A model generated the notes under the pieces. It was not told where the DNA came from. It did not search any database and was given only the letters and a program-made list of their open reading frames with translations. The translations under genes were made by a program, and so were the position numbers. A stretch of DNA of 64,000 nt from Octopus vulgaris (Eukaryota), in the NCBI GenBank assembly GCA_951406725.2, contig OX597822.1, forward strand, positions 3,596,001 to 3,660,000, in the 5' to 3' direction. This document shows, in pieces, positions 25,767 through 38,799 of the stretch. Position 1 is the stretch's first letter; every line of letters begins with the position of its first letter.

Positions 25767-26684
25767 CTAGAATAATGAAATAATAAACAATTGCAGCGAA
25801 GAAGGTGTTTATAAGCCATTTAAGAAACACACAAAAACCATTAGATTCAGTTCGACATTTAAATTTAATTTGCCAAAATATTTTCGTCGCTTTGAGTCCG
25901 CGACCTGTTCACTGACGAAATTTAAATGTTGAAGTGAATCTAACAGTTTTTGTGTGTTTCTTAAATGGTTTATAAACACCTTCCACGCTGCAATTGTTTT
26001 CGCTCCAGCACACGATCTCAGATCAGGTAACTTGCTATGCAAGTACATCTCCGCAAATGAAATAATAAACTTATAGTAATGAAACCTATTCAGCGCACTA
26101 CATAATAAACTTTGTTACCGTGATCCGGTGCATGTACGTTTCCGGTGAGTATGTACAAAAAATGCCAAGTACACGACCGTCTTCATCGGTGTGAATCGTA
26201 GAATGACGGTTGAATTTAATATATTTTGAAATATATAAAATACCAGAGCGGAGCTGGAAACTTATCGAAAGAAGCAGAAAGATTTACTAACCTACAACAA
26301 ATAGTGTATGATGTTTACATAAAGGACCGGTATCATAATGACAGAAACTGAACCAAATTTGACACTGTCTGTGCATGCTCATATAAAATCAAACTTGTGT
26401 TCGGCCCCGATATTTCGAGTTTAAACATCATCCCGTTTTCTTTAAAAGACTTTACTTTCCTTTAGTGTGGTAAATCGATTTAAATACAAAATATTTAATA
26501 CAGGCACTTACGTATGTCTATGAGTGGGTGACTGTGTATACGAATATACAATTTTGCAAACATGGGTCTATCAATATGTTTGTCTGTTTATCTGACTGTC
26601 GGTCGGTCAGTCTGTTTCTCAATTAAGTACCAGTGAGACACTGGGGTCGATGTAATCGACTGGTCCCCTCCCCCCAATTTTTTC

Positions 26685-27510
26685 CTTTTTAGCTCATGCC
26701 ACCCGAAACACATCAAAATAGATATTCCCCTTAATTTGGCAAAAAGGTTTGGCACAATAGCGTCTGATAAAACTACTCGAGACCTTCGTCGTCAAGACCT
26801 CAGAACAAACTTAACTGAGTATCCACCCTCACTTATAGACGATGGAATTAAACGTGTCAAGAAATTAGACATAAAAACATTAAGGACTATAAAGCATAAC
26901 ATCACATCTCTTCTCAAAACACTACTGTATGTATCAACTCACAACCCTAGAAACAATGAAGCATACAACACTATTGCGCAAAATCTTTCTTTACTAACTA
27001 GAGACCTAAAAAGGAACATCCTGAAAGCACATAAATTCATCAAATGCAAAATGCAACACAAATCGCTAAAAAGACTTGTCACAAATGCAAAGCTTTACAC
27101 AACAACCATGAAACCAACGGTTTAAAAATATGGACGCCCAAACTGGAAATTTCCCCAATCTACTTGAAGGCTTGAATTTCCTTTTCAAACAAAGAGAGAG
27201 GTACACAATTCAAGCCAACTTCACTTGTGCCTCTGAGAACCTAATTTAAGTAATAACCTGCTCGGGTTGTGAACATCACTATATAGGACTGAAGAGTGTG
27301 TCATTGAGACGGAGAACTACTCTACATAAAGAGCAGATCCTGTTCCCGCAATACAGAGAGATGCCCTTAAGTGAACACAAAGCGAGATGAGTAGGTAGCA
27401 TCAAACCAAATTTCTCAGTTTTCCTTCTACCAGAGCAAATATACAATTTTTTATAAGAACGTTTATAAGAACGAAAATTCATTCATCGAAAAATACAGAA
27501 TACGACTAAA
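26685..27510 (+). pseudogene. Penelope-like element thumb/linker and GIY-YIG endonuclease fossil
   Basis: SCHPKHIKIDIPLNLAKR..YPPSLID..YVSTHNP..CKMQHKSLKRL, then FTCASENLI*VITCSGCEHHYIG..LRRRTTLHKEQI. Contains stops and frameshifts. Confidence 0.85.
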
Positions 27511-27917
27511 TATGCACGCATAACCAACATCGATGTCTATATATATTTCTCTTCACAATTACGTGCCCATCATTGTACATATTTTACTCCACCACTCTAG
27601 TTTTTAAATTTGTGAGTGTGTACATATATATATATATATTCCCTCCACCCTCACCGAAAGAAGACTAATTACCTTCCCTGTCCACAATAATAACGATAAC
27701 CAATTACTTCCCCTTAGATGTTTCTACTTGTTGAATCATTCATTCATAAACTCCACACACAACATGGACAAGAAAATTGCTTCTTAAGAAAATACACATT
27801 TAAATAAATTTTAATGTCATGATTATCGAAAGTGAAACCGGTCGGCAAACAAAATATCAGATATATTAAAAGTTATATTAAAACTATGTAAAGTGTGTGC
27901 TTTTTCCTTCTTTAATT

Positions 27918-27982
<65 letters not shown>

Positions 27983-27986
<4 letters not shown>

Positions 27987-28140
27987 ATCCAAACATGAAA
28001 GCACAAAAAAAACCCAACGCGAGGACGTGGAACAAATATAGTATTATTGGACGCTCAGGAAAGAAGCAGGGTTTAATGTTTCGAGCGGAGCTCTTCGTCG
28101 GAAACATAGGAGAAGGAAACATCCAGAGAAGGGAAGACAG
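27983..28140 (-). mobile_element. Family H1 repeat with a hammerhead-like motif
   Basis: Reverse copy of 820-1017. Motif GTTT-CCGACGA-A-GAGC-tcc-GCTC-GAAACATT-AAAC at 28071-28105. Confidence 0.75.
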
Positions 28141-28299
28141 CCATGAAACGATCGTGGTGTTTTAATCATTATCTTTTATTAAACTTTTAATACTTTTGAT
28201 ATATATTTAAAATAATATAGATTAACTAATTTTATGTATTGGCTTAAGTTTTTCATTGTTTGATTTGCCTAATACTGGTTCTATCTGTAATTTAATATA

Positions 28300-28367
<68 letters not shown>

Positions 28368-28694
28368 GCATATTTTTTTAGCGATACATAAACAAACTAA
28401 CAGACATCAGAGTCAAGACATTGATATTTTCTGAAATTGACACACTTGCTACTGTGTACTTCATATTACCTTTGAGCTCGGCGAGAAAATTATGCTTATT
28501 CTTCTAAGCACCTTATAAACTTGATTGAGGAGTAGTGTAATGTACTTGTTATTTAAATCATGAATGCATGGATGGATGGATGGATAGATGAAAGAAAACA
28601 ATTTCAAGTTTCCCCTACACTACGCAGTGTGACTCGTCCCCATATTCTCAGGGCAACTTGAATAAATTCAAATGTCATTGCTTCTCTAAGTAAT

Positions 28695-28910
28695 ATTGAT
28701 TTCAATTTTGTCACAATGCCAGCAGTTTTAAAGAATGGAGTAAGTCAATTACATTGACCCCAGTGTTCAAGTGAAGCTTATTTTATCGACCCCGAGGTGA
28801 TTAAAGAACAGCTTGACCTCATCGAAATTTGAACTCAAAATGTAAAGACGACCGAAATGCCGCTAACTATTTTGCTCAGCTCGCTAACGATTCTGCCACC
28901 TTGCCATCCT
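28695..28910 (-). mobile_element. Decayed SINE family C
   Basis: TTTTATCGACCCCGA..GAACTCAAAATGTAAAG..GCTAACGATTCTGCCA. Confidence 0.75.
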
Positions 28911-29119
28911 ACCTCTCTATCAAATATACCCTAGTCGCATCATCGAGAACTATACGTCTTGATGCCTAGTAATATTATCACTTAATTTCTCTGTGTGTTT
29001 TCCTGTTGCCGTAGCTTGGGCGCCATCGGTGTAAACATCTTACTATCTTTTTATTTATCGTTGATTTTCTTGTTTTAATAGATGTGCTGGTTTTGGAGGA
29101 AGATAAAATAATTTTGAGG

Positions 29120-29850
29120 TATGGTGGTGGTGATGGTGGTGGTGGTGGTGGTGGTGGTGGTGGTGGTGGTGGTGGTTGTAATGGTGCTGTTGTTGTTGCT
29201 ATTGTTGACGATCGTCGTCGTCGTCGTTGTAGCGCGTATGTTCTCATTTCTTTTGTTGTTGCTTGTTGTTGTTGTTGTAAAGCAACAAGACGGGTAAGGG
29301 TGATTAGATGATGGTCTAGGGCCTAGGGGCGGGAGACCCCAGACCTTGTTGTAGTCGAGGGCTCTTCGTTGAGGTGGCCTTCGAAGTCGCTGGAAATGGA
29401 GATCTCCAGGTCCAAATTCTTGTTGCTGATGAGGTTGGTTGTAGAGGCGGTGGTGGTGCTAGTGGTGCTGGTGCTGGTGCTTGTGATGGTGCTGGTGCTG
29501 GTGCTGGTGCTGGTGGTAGAGGTGGTGGTGGTGGTGGTGGTGGTGGTGGTGATGGTTGTGGTGGTGCTGGTGCTGCTGCTGCTGGTGGTGCTGGTGCTGG
29601 TGCTGGTGGTAGAGGTGGTGGTGGTGGTGGTGGTGGTGGTGTGGTGGTGCTGGTGCTGCTGCTGGTGGTGCTGGTGCTGGTGCTGATGCTGGTGCTGGCG
29701 GTGCTGGTGGTGGTGGTGGTGGTGATGGTGGTGGTGGTGGTGGTGGTGGTGAAGGTGGTGGTGGTGGTGGTGGTGGTGGTCGTGGTGGTGGTCGTGGTGG
29801 TGGTCGTGGTGGTGGTGGTGGTGGTGCTGGTGGTAGTGGTGGTAGCGGTG
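29120..29850. repeat. (GGT)n/(GGTGCT)n/(GTT)n triplet-based low-complexity island
   Basis: Read directly from the sequence; GC-rich relative to the window. Confidence 0.9.
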
Positions 29851-30554
29851 ACCGTCGTCGTATTGATGTCGTCTTTTGGGTGGTTTATGGCAGAATACGA
29901 AGAAAGCCGACCGCAGTTGAGAGGTTGTCAAGCGACTCTAACCGACTCTTATTTTCATCATCTCATCAAATCACCAGAATTATTTAAAAACCAGTAAACA
30001 ATTCCCTGCAACATCGCAACCGTTCATCTCATGTACAATAGTGTGAAATCACTGTTATTCTTTCTCTCACACTTTTCAACGGTTAAATAACAATTCTGCT
30101 TCAGCTTATCTGAAGCTATTCGCACTTGAAAACTTTTTCACTTGCTTTCGCTGAAGCATTTTATCCCTAATCCACGATGTTTATCCTATCTATTCTTGAT
30201 GATGTTGTTGTTGATGTTGTCGTTGATTTTGTTGTTCAAATTCATTTCCACCTCTTCCTCCTCCTTCTCCGCATCCTACTCCCCAATCTCCTTCTTCTCC
30301 TCTTCCTCCTCCTCCTCCTCCCCTCGCACCTCTACCTCGGACTCCATCTTTTGTTTTCCAGTTCTTGTTTGCTGTTTACTGGGTAAATTTTTAAAAACCG
30401 TTGTTTTCATTCCACCGTTTGATCGATACTGGCAGCCATTGATTTTAGAATATATTTCTGAACACTAATATAACCTTTCGCTACTACTACTACTACTACT
30501 GCTGTTGCTGCTGCTGCTGCTACTACTACTACTACTACAAACAATAATAATAAT

Positions 30555-30589
<35 letters not shown>

Positions 30590-30592
<3 letters not shown>

Positions 30593-31774
30593 TGATGATG
30601 ATTTCCTTTATTTTCCACAAGGGCGAGGGATGAGGAGAGCAATACAATGACAGACATAAAGTGTGAGGGTTTCCATACGATGAAATGATAAAAACTTATG
30701 CATATACGGTATACACTGAAAAAGAAGGGACATATGCATAAAATATACAGGTAGAAAAATGGCGGGGTGGATGATAGAGATGTGGCCCTCCTGATAAGGA
30801 AGGCCTCTAGGGTTAATCGAGGAACCCCACTATACGAAATTTCCCTGGAACCCTAGGAGCATGTGCCCTCTTCAATTCCTTCTCTCCGATTTACAGATCT
30901 ACACTTAGAAAGGTACCAGCCAATAGTGTCATTTGTACAACTTTCAGCAACCTTTCAATAAATTCACTCGAGGACAACACTTCCCGCTCTACTCTCAGTT
31001 TCCTTTTCAAGTGAAACTTGAAAAAGTGAATGAGAGCTCTACCAAATAGGAATGTGTCTGTCCTCATGCCTTTCAGCCTTGTCATCCAAACAACCTCTTT
31101 CGCCACAGCCACCAGGCAAAGGAAAACTGCCTTGCGTGTCCGATTGAAGGAGGGCGGCGGAGCGATCATCACTACAGACGGATTCATCCTACATGTGAGA
31201 GCAGCTGTTCAACGTAGCTCCACAAGTCAGCAATGTCCGGACTCTGAATGAGGGCGCGTAGAACGGTTTCGTCACTCTGCCTCGAACAAGACCATCTGAC
31301 AGCACATCTCTGCATGTAGAGATTATCTTGAACCGGTAGCCCCCTTTTCCAGTAGCACTGCCAGGTCAAGGACATCTGGAAATTATCCATGATAATTCCC
31401 GATCGGAAAGTCCTCCGGAACAGACTAGCCAGTTCGTTCGCATCGGCACCCAGAGTTTCCCCGAAAATGTCGCCCAGCTTCCTTGTTACTAATCCTCTAT
31501 AAATTTCTAAAGCAGAACACCCACTGATCCCATTGCCCGACTGGTAGCGTGTTGTGAGCGCCTGACGACATTCTAGGTGCCAAGCGCTCAGTGTCTATCT
31601 TTCCGTCATCCAGCACTACAGCGCTGTCAACGAGACGATCTGCGGAAAGACGAGCCTCACAAATGGAGTTCACACACGCTCACCGTCCCTAGATCGTTGC
31701 AGGTAGCGGAACCCAAGACCGTGTCTGCGTATTAGGAATCAAGGCACACCTAATCTGCCACTCAGAGGATGCTG
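30590..31774 (-). mobile_element. L1/Tx1-like LINE, 3' part with a 3' end
   Basis: Minus-strand QHPLSGRLGVP..RYLQR and CLVAVAKEVVWMTR..FFKFHLKRKLRVERE. Ends in AATAAAGGAA followed by an (ATC/ATT)n tail. Confidence 0.75.
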
Positions 31775-32781
31775 GTGTAGCGATTATAAAACTTTAGCAG
31801 CAGCAGCCTCATGACGTCATAGTTTGTGTCAGCTGTCTTTTTTTTATAAAATGTCTTACGCTTTTTCATTGGTCTATTTTACTGTCCATACTTTGATTCT
31901 AATCTTCGTGAAAAGTTTCTTTTCACTGACGAAATGTTCTTAGAATCAGATTTACGGCAGATATAAAAATCCTGATTTTCGGGAAATTATTAAGTGACAC
32001 TCGGTTTGCCACACGGGATCTCGTCATCTATTCTGGCAATGCCATTTTGCAATGTTTATCCGGCATGACCTCAAACATTTTAGTGTAGTTTTGAAGAACT
32101 AGATAAGAAAATTTTACTCGTCATTCGCGCGGCAGATTCCGTTTAAATCATGTTTTTCTTCATTATATCTACTGCAATTTTTCCTATCACTGTTACGTTG
32201 TGATAAATTCATTGCATATATTTTTACTTTCTGTAAATAAATGATTGCTATTGAATCCAGTCCTTCTCTTGGTATTATCGGTACCAACTTTCATCGTATG
32301 ATTATAAGAAAAATGAATAAGGTAAAGATTTATTTGCATACACATTTATGAAGATATACTCAAGCCTTTGTCAACAGGAAAAATACAGTCAACCCAGTAT
32401 GAAGAAACGAAATAACATTCTTAAGATAAACATAACTTCTTAAATTCACCTCCGCAGATATTTTCCCCTTGCCATCAGAAACACATTTTCTTATCCTATT
32501 TTAACCTGATAGTGAAATGTCAGTATATTCAGCATACATGCTGAACGCCGCTACGATTGTATATTACATCTAGCGTTCTGTCTGCACCTCTAAACTTCTC
32601 CTAGCAACTAAATCATTAAGACACAGCGAGTTTTACTCATGCATAAACATATAAACGCGGCCTAACCTGAGGCGTATAACTGGTGATATTTATATTTACA
32701 ACAGAAACAGTTATATTTGCTGACTACCACTACAACTCCACAATCAGTTAAAGCCAGTAACCCGACATCTCACGGCCCCTT
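31775..32781. other. Unclassified ~1-kb insertion splitting the L1/Tx1-like LINE
   Basis: The LINE frame is contiguous across it (..VCCQ | HPL..). Flanked by ATGCTG (31769-31774) and ATACTG (32782-32787). Confidence 0.55.
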
Positions 32782-33220
32782 ATACTGACAACAGACTAAC
32801 TACCTGACCACTGGAATGTGTCCCTTCCACAAGAATTTCAATAAGAAACGCTACAACGTTGTGAAGAAACAACCGGGAAACGACGCTCAGCCGATAACTG
32901 ATAACAGAGACGATGTAAGCATTCGTCACCTCCACCCGACCTTTCAGGGGAAGCTTTCTTTCAGCCCATTTCTGGTTAAGACTGGCCACCCTGTTCGCCA
33001 CCTCATCCCAGTTCTTATCAATCTAGAGGTCGGGACCAAACCAGACCCTGAGCACTTTAATTAGTCCGTCGGTCCAGCATCCGACATCGTCGTCCGATAG
33101 CTTCGTTCGTTCTGCCTCTCCAGGGGCCCAACCGCGAACCCACCGATTAGTCGGCTTTGATTTTAGCCCTTGTAACCGACTCATATTCCTTTAGGTTGGT
33201 GCTGAGCGTCTCCACTAGGC
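32782..33220 (-). mobile_element. L1/Tx1-like LINE, upstream part (post-RT region)
   Basis: KVLRVWFGPDL..NWDEVANRV..WAERKLPLKGRVEVTNAY..FLWKGHIPVVR, the Tx1-type WxxRxLSLxGR motif. Confidence 0.75.
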
Positions 33221-33807
33221 ATTCTCCCGTTCTTTTGCCAGTTGCGGTAGAACTCTGCCAAGAGATCGCCAAACAAATCTGACATTAATACATAGCATTT
33301 ATAGGGCAGACCATACAAACTGGGAGATCTGTGACCGGGGTGTAAAACCAAAGCTAAAATTCATCAAAAGCAATGCTAGGAATGTGTTATAGAACATTGC
33401 GATATAAATCGAAAATAAAATAACCATAGAGCACAACACGTGAACCAGTTTCACTAGCTATTGGAATAACAATATTAATCACTTTCTTTCAACTCCTAAA
33501 ATATCTCTTCAGCATTCAGTCATATATTTTTTTAAAACGTAAATGATATTGATGAAATACGAAATATTTAGAATAGCAACAAGATAAATGACAAATCTGA
33601 AGTTGTTTTGTCTGAAAGCTCCATACTTGAATATCAGAAACAAAATTAAAAAATATCAGTTGAACTGAAATGAGAAATTTCAATAAATTTCCTTAGAAAC
33701 ATGACATAGAGTACTTATAGACGACATGAAATATTTACATGATGCTAGAAATATATTCCGTATAATGATATTCTACACAAAGTCTTATTAAACTACTCTG
33801 TCTACAG

Positions 33808-33869
<62 letters not shown>

Positions 33870-33878
33870 TTTTTTTTT

Positions 33879-33910
<32 letters not shown>

Positions 33911-33925
33911 ATTATTTTTTTTTTA

Positions 33926-33972
<47 letters not shown>

Positions 33973-33988
33973 TATTATTATTATTATT

Positions 33989-34032
<44 letters not shown>

Positions 34033-34125
34033 AGTTACTGTTGCTGTGGTTGTTGTTGTTGTTGTTGTTGTGGTTGTTGTTGTTGTTGTTGTTGTGGTTG
34101 TTGTTGTTGTTGTCGTCGTCGTCGT
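33808..34125. repeat. (TTA)n / poly-T / (TTG)n / (GTC)n compound repeat
   Basis: Read directly from the sequence. Confidence 0.96.
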
Positions 34126-34499
34126 CAAGCGTATTATAGTTGGTGGTGGTGTGATTTTGGAAGTTATCGACGACGTTTTTCCATGAATCTTCGCTTCAAT
34201 GTTTTTCTCCAAGTCTACCTCAGAGCAAGGATATATTTGAATGATTTTTTTTTTCTTTACCTTCGAAAAATTTGAAATGACGAAGACTGATTGGAGAATG
34301 AGTGTGAGTTGGGGTGACAAAAAGGCAGATACATTCATAGGCATAAATACTTTCATTTAAAAGCAACACTGAAAAATACACATAGCATTGTCAGGAGCTA
34401 AAAAACACAGCAACTTATCATTCTTGTGCATTCAAGTAGTGATGAAAATATTCATTTTGATCGCTTGTTAATGATCGGAGGAGTTGCCGCGTTGAAAGA

Positions 34500-34930
34500 C
34501 CATAAGAGAAATAAAGCAGATTCGTGATTTTTCTGTTATAAAATATCACTCAGGGAAGAGAATAAAGAATGGACAAAGTATAACAGAAAGCAGAGTGGCT
34601 TTCCTCAACGAATTTATACAGAAAGTGGGTAGCAATAATGTTGTATATTTCTAAGTTTCAAAACATGGTAGGAGGTTTTGTATGGCCTCAAATAGAAATC
34701 TTGAAAGGAGAACATGGCAAATGTGTAACAGGATCGAAGCAGAGCATATGGAAGCGTGTACATGTTATTTAATATAGTGAACGAGGCGAGCAGACTCGAA
34801 GTACTGGTAATCCAAAACCTAACTGTACGATGGATCTAAAAAAGAACAAAGCAAATTTTCTGCAGATTAAAGGGGATATGAGGAATGAATTCCAGGTGTC
34901 ACTAGATTAGAAATGGATGTTGAAAACAAA
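34500..34930 (+). pseudogene. Possible very decayed RTE-like LINE C-terminal fragment
   Basis: Broken peptides resembling RI..A..AF, VLYG.E and W..VTN. Weak. Confidence 0.3.
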
Positions 34931-35080
34931 CTCAGTGGCTTACCTGTAGTTTGGTGATGACGTTCGTGTTGTACATTGATAATTATTACATGGTGGCTTC
35001 TATCCCTATGTGTGTCGTTCGCATTTATTTGAGTCGTGTACAATTTATTTTATTCTGTTTCTCAATTTCATTATATATAC

Positions 35081-35139
<59 letters not shown>

Positions 35140-35349
35140 ATGTATATGTATTTATTTATGTAAGTACAAATTGCCGGTACATGATCACGATTTCGATATC
35201 ATCACTGAGTGATCATATCAATACTTACGGTACTTATGTCAAAATACGTATTCATTTTTACATTCTACAGTTTTCCTTTATTTGCTGATTACTTTACACT
35301 CTAGTGGTTCAATTCGTATCAACTTTATTCTTTCAAAATAAATTTAGAT

Positions 35350-35750
35350 CAGACTCAGACCATGTACTGCATGTTGCATGAATTGAGAAGGGGCTCTTCA
35401 TCAATGGAAGTGATAAGAAATATTCGTACTCTCTATAGAAATGAAACTTCAAGTATCTGGACATGACAACAATTGTTTCTCCAGTTTCGCTCGGGAAAGT
35501 TTTGTCTCGTAGACTTCCCTCGATCTGGATAACAGTTGTGTTAGTGGTGAACTCGTGAAGACCCGAGTTGAAGAAAAGCTAAAGAAAATTTCACGAGAAG
35601 CAGCAAAACACAGATGACGTCAGACTGCAATCATAAAAAACCTGCATAAATTAAAAGTAACCCCCCCCCCCCAAACAGGATCTATGGGCCCTCATCATCC
35701 GACTACTTCTCAGCTTGATCAAAGATTTGTCCATCTTCTCATCATCGAAA
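35350..35750 (+). pseudogene. Mariner transposase N-terminal (HTH) fossil
   Basis: CMLHELRRGSSSMEVIRNIRTLY..QFRSGKFCLVDFPRSG matches the mariner F..G.F.L.D.PRSG motif. Confidence 0.7.
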
Positions 35751-35979
35751 AGTAGAACTGCTATCGAAACTTGTCTGAGTAGAATCGTCACAACTTTTTG
35801 AAATTGAGTTCTCTATAATCATCTCCAACGAAAACAGCAATAGTCATTACTCAATGATAAAATTTATATATATAAAGACCAAAGACAATTGTTTCCTTCA
35901 CATCAAGAAATGCGACAGTACCTTCTTTCCAACCTAATTGTGTGTCACAGTTTACTCCCAAATTCTTCGACAGAGTGGC

Positions 35980-36520
35980 TAAGGATTCAATAATAACAGG
36001 CGCACTCATAACCTTGTCAATTCCTTTGATTCCTGAAAAGCGAATTTCATACCTGAAGTTGATATAAAAATTTATATTTTCTTTTTCGTTTTTTCTTGAC
36101 ACTGTTATCAAATAGACGTGAGACAGGTGAAACAATGGATCCATGAACCAATGGTGGACGCGTGTTGGTAAGTAAATCATTGACAATCATTGAAATATAT
36201 TTCTTTTTAATGTGGTCTATGGCGTCTGTGTGCGCACGTGACAGTTGTCGCAACACCATACTAGAAATATGTGGCGATCATCGTCTCTGTGTGAGTGTTG
36301 CTTGATGTGTGAACATTGTTAGAAATTGGTTGATATTGATAGATTTAATACTCTAATTGCCGGCATGATTTAAATGGTAGACTGGGGGAATGATTGCTAA
36401 CATATTTAAAAAAAAGGCTAATTTTTCAGAAACGGATCTTTTTCAGAGAAATGACCCCAATCGAGGAGATACCTCCAATGGTCCCATGAAACCAAAGTAC
36501 AATCTATTTTGAAACACTGG
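35980..36520 (-). pseudogene. Possible decayed DD37D/Tc1-like transposase fragment
   Basis: Weak remnants resembling the W.QQD.A.AHT and PP.S.D motifs. Confidence 0.3.
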
Positions 36521-36578
<58 letters not shown>

Positions 36579-37897
36579 ATGTATGTATGTATATATTGCC
36601 TATTTACAAACCAACAGCATTATGGAACAAAAATGATATTCTGTAAGGTTTTTCAATTAAGTGAAATAGCTATAAACGGGTGCCTAAATTATAAGTTATG
36701 CCGTAAATTCTATTCACATTGAATCGTCATCTATATTCATCCCACACATCTTCCCACCACGGATTCGTATAAAGAAGCGCATAAAGCTGGTAGAAAGGCT
36801 ATAGAAAAGAAAGATAATCATAACAGACAGGACATTCAACGAGCGATATAAGGAAGTTCAGTGACTTTAAATGAAAATTGAAACATTATTTTGGTCACAG
36901 GAGATTATGACTATATAACAGAACTCAAACATCAGGATTAGTTTTATAGTAAATTTCTAAATTTATAGAGAAAGATATGAGGGACATATCTTGAGCAAAA
37001 GATATATTAGATTCAGTGAAAAGCAACGTCACTGTTCAGTCTCTCGGGAATGATAAAATAATAACGTAAAAATTTCTCTTAGCTGTGAAAGTTTCATATA
37101 TCAAAACAATATACCGTTATTGTTATTTGTATAACGAATGTGTGTTTCCTCGAAGGTTGCACTTCTGAGATCAGACCGCAAAACTGATCAAGATAAAGCT
37201 ATTAAAAACCACTCTCAATACAAACTATCCGACAAGAAAGCTAGGCATTCACTCCTGTAAAAACAATATGGATTATCACCATTTCTAAGATAACTCATTA
37301 AGATAACCTCATGCAATTGACTTTTTTTGTTTCCATTTGTTATTATTATGAAATATAACTAAAATTGTACAAAAAGACAGAGTGAATACAGATTGAATTC
37401 TATTTATTAAAATAAAATGTTATTTCCCAATAAAATGGTGGTGGGCTGCCTTTTTCTTATTTAAAATTTGCGTATATCTTTGTTTATTTTCGTTTCGATT
37501 TATTAAGAAAACAGATAAAATAAAATGAAATAACAGAACGGTGTGATTCGTATCATTTATCAAGTAGAAATTCATAAGTTTAAGAATGGAAATTTATTCC
37601 TCTCATTCCTAGACCGCTTATTGAAACTAAATTTCGTTTACATTTTTTCCTGTATTATATTTTTATTTTTGTATATTCTACCGTGTTTTTCCTTTTAGAT
37701 TGTCTTTCTATTTTATTGTGTAAAAATACTTTTAACAACTACTCAAAAATAGCTGCGACATATAATCATTTGAGCTTATATTATAAAGAACATCACGAAA
37801 TAAGACAGAAATGAAGAGTCGTTTGTTTATAAGCAATAACTATATGATGTTTTTGGTAGAAGAAATGAGATCTTGTGACTTTAATGGGTATTTTTAC

Positions 37898-37949
<52 letters not shown>

Positions 37950-38068
37950 TAAATAATATTTCCAAGTAAGTAAGCATATATATATATATACACATATGAA
38001 TATATGAATATATGTAAATGTATGTATATACCGATTTACCCGTCTCTTTCTCTCTCTCTCTCTCTCTA

Positions 38069-38117
<49 letters not shown>

Positions 38118-38405
38118 CAAATATAGGCTTATACATATATATGTATGCATGTATGCACATATGTAAAGTAATGCTAACACTGTTCCTTAAATCTACATCA
38201 TCATTTAGATGTCACTAAAGATTTACATTTTATGTAATATTTAAATAAATCTACGTTACAGAAGTTATGTAGCTTGTTTTTTTTTTTGTTTGTTTTCTGT
38301 TCATTGCTAGCCAAAAACTTTGAATGCCCGCGCTCAAGCTGAATAATTGGAGACCAAGTCAAAATTTCAAATTCTAGACTCATGTCAATAAAGAACACTT
38401 TTATA

Positions 38406-38792
38406 ATGTGGTTCCGGGTTCAGTCCCACTGCGTGGCGTCTTGGGCAAGTGTTTTCTACTATAGCCTCGCCTGACCAAAGCCTTGTGAGTGGATTTGGTA
38501 GACGGAAACTGAAAGAAGCCCGTCGTATATATATGTATATATTTATATATACGTATGCGTATGTATATGTTTGTGTGACTGTGTTTGTCTCCCTCCCCCA
38601 ACATCGCTTGAAAACCGATGCTGGTGTGTTTACGTCCCCGTAACTTAGCGGTTCAGCAAAAAGACTGATAGAATAAGTACTAGGCTTACAAAGAATAAGT
38701 CCTGGGGTCGAGTTTCTCGACTAAAAGCGGTACTCCAGCATAGCCACAGTCAAATGACTGAAACAAGTAAAAGAGTAAAAGAGTAAAAGAGT
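38406..38792 (+). mobile_element. SINE family A, 5'-truncated
   Basis: GGTTCCGGGTTCAGTCCCACTGCGTGGC..(GTAAAAGA)3 tail. Confidence 0.9.
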
Positions 38793-38799
38793 TTTAAAA

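Noticed and set aside
29374-29997. Plus-strand Gly/Ala/Val-rich 207-aa ORF (silk- or cuticle-like)
   Set aside because: Translation of (GGT)/(GGTGCT) repeats switching to poly-Val at an indel; no signal peptide or splice support.
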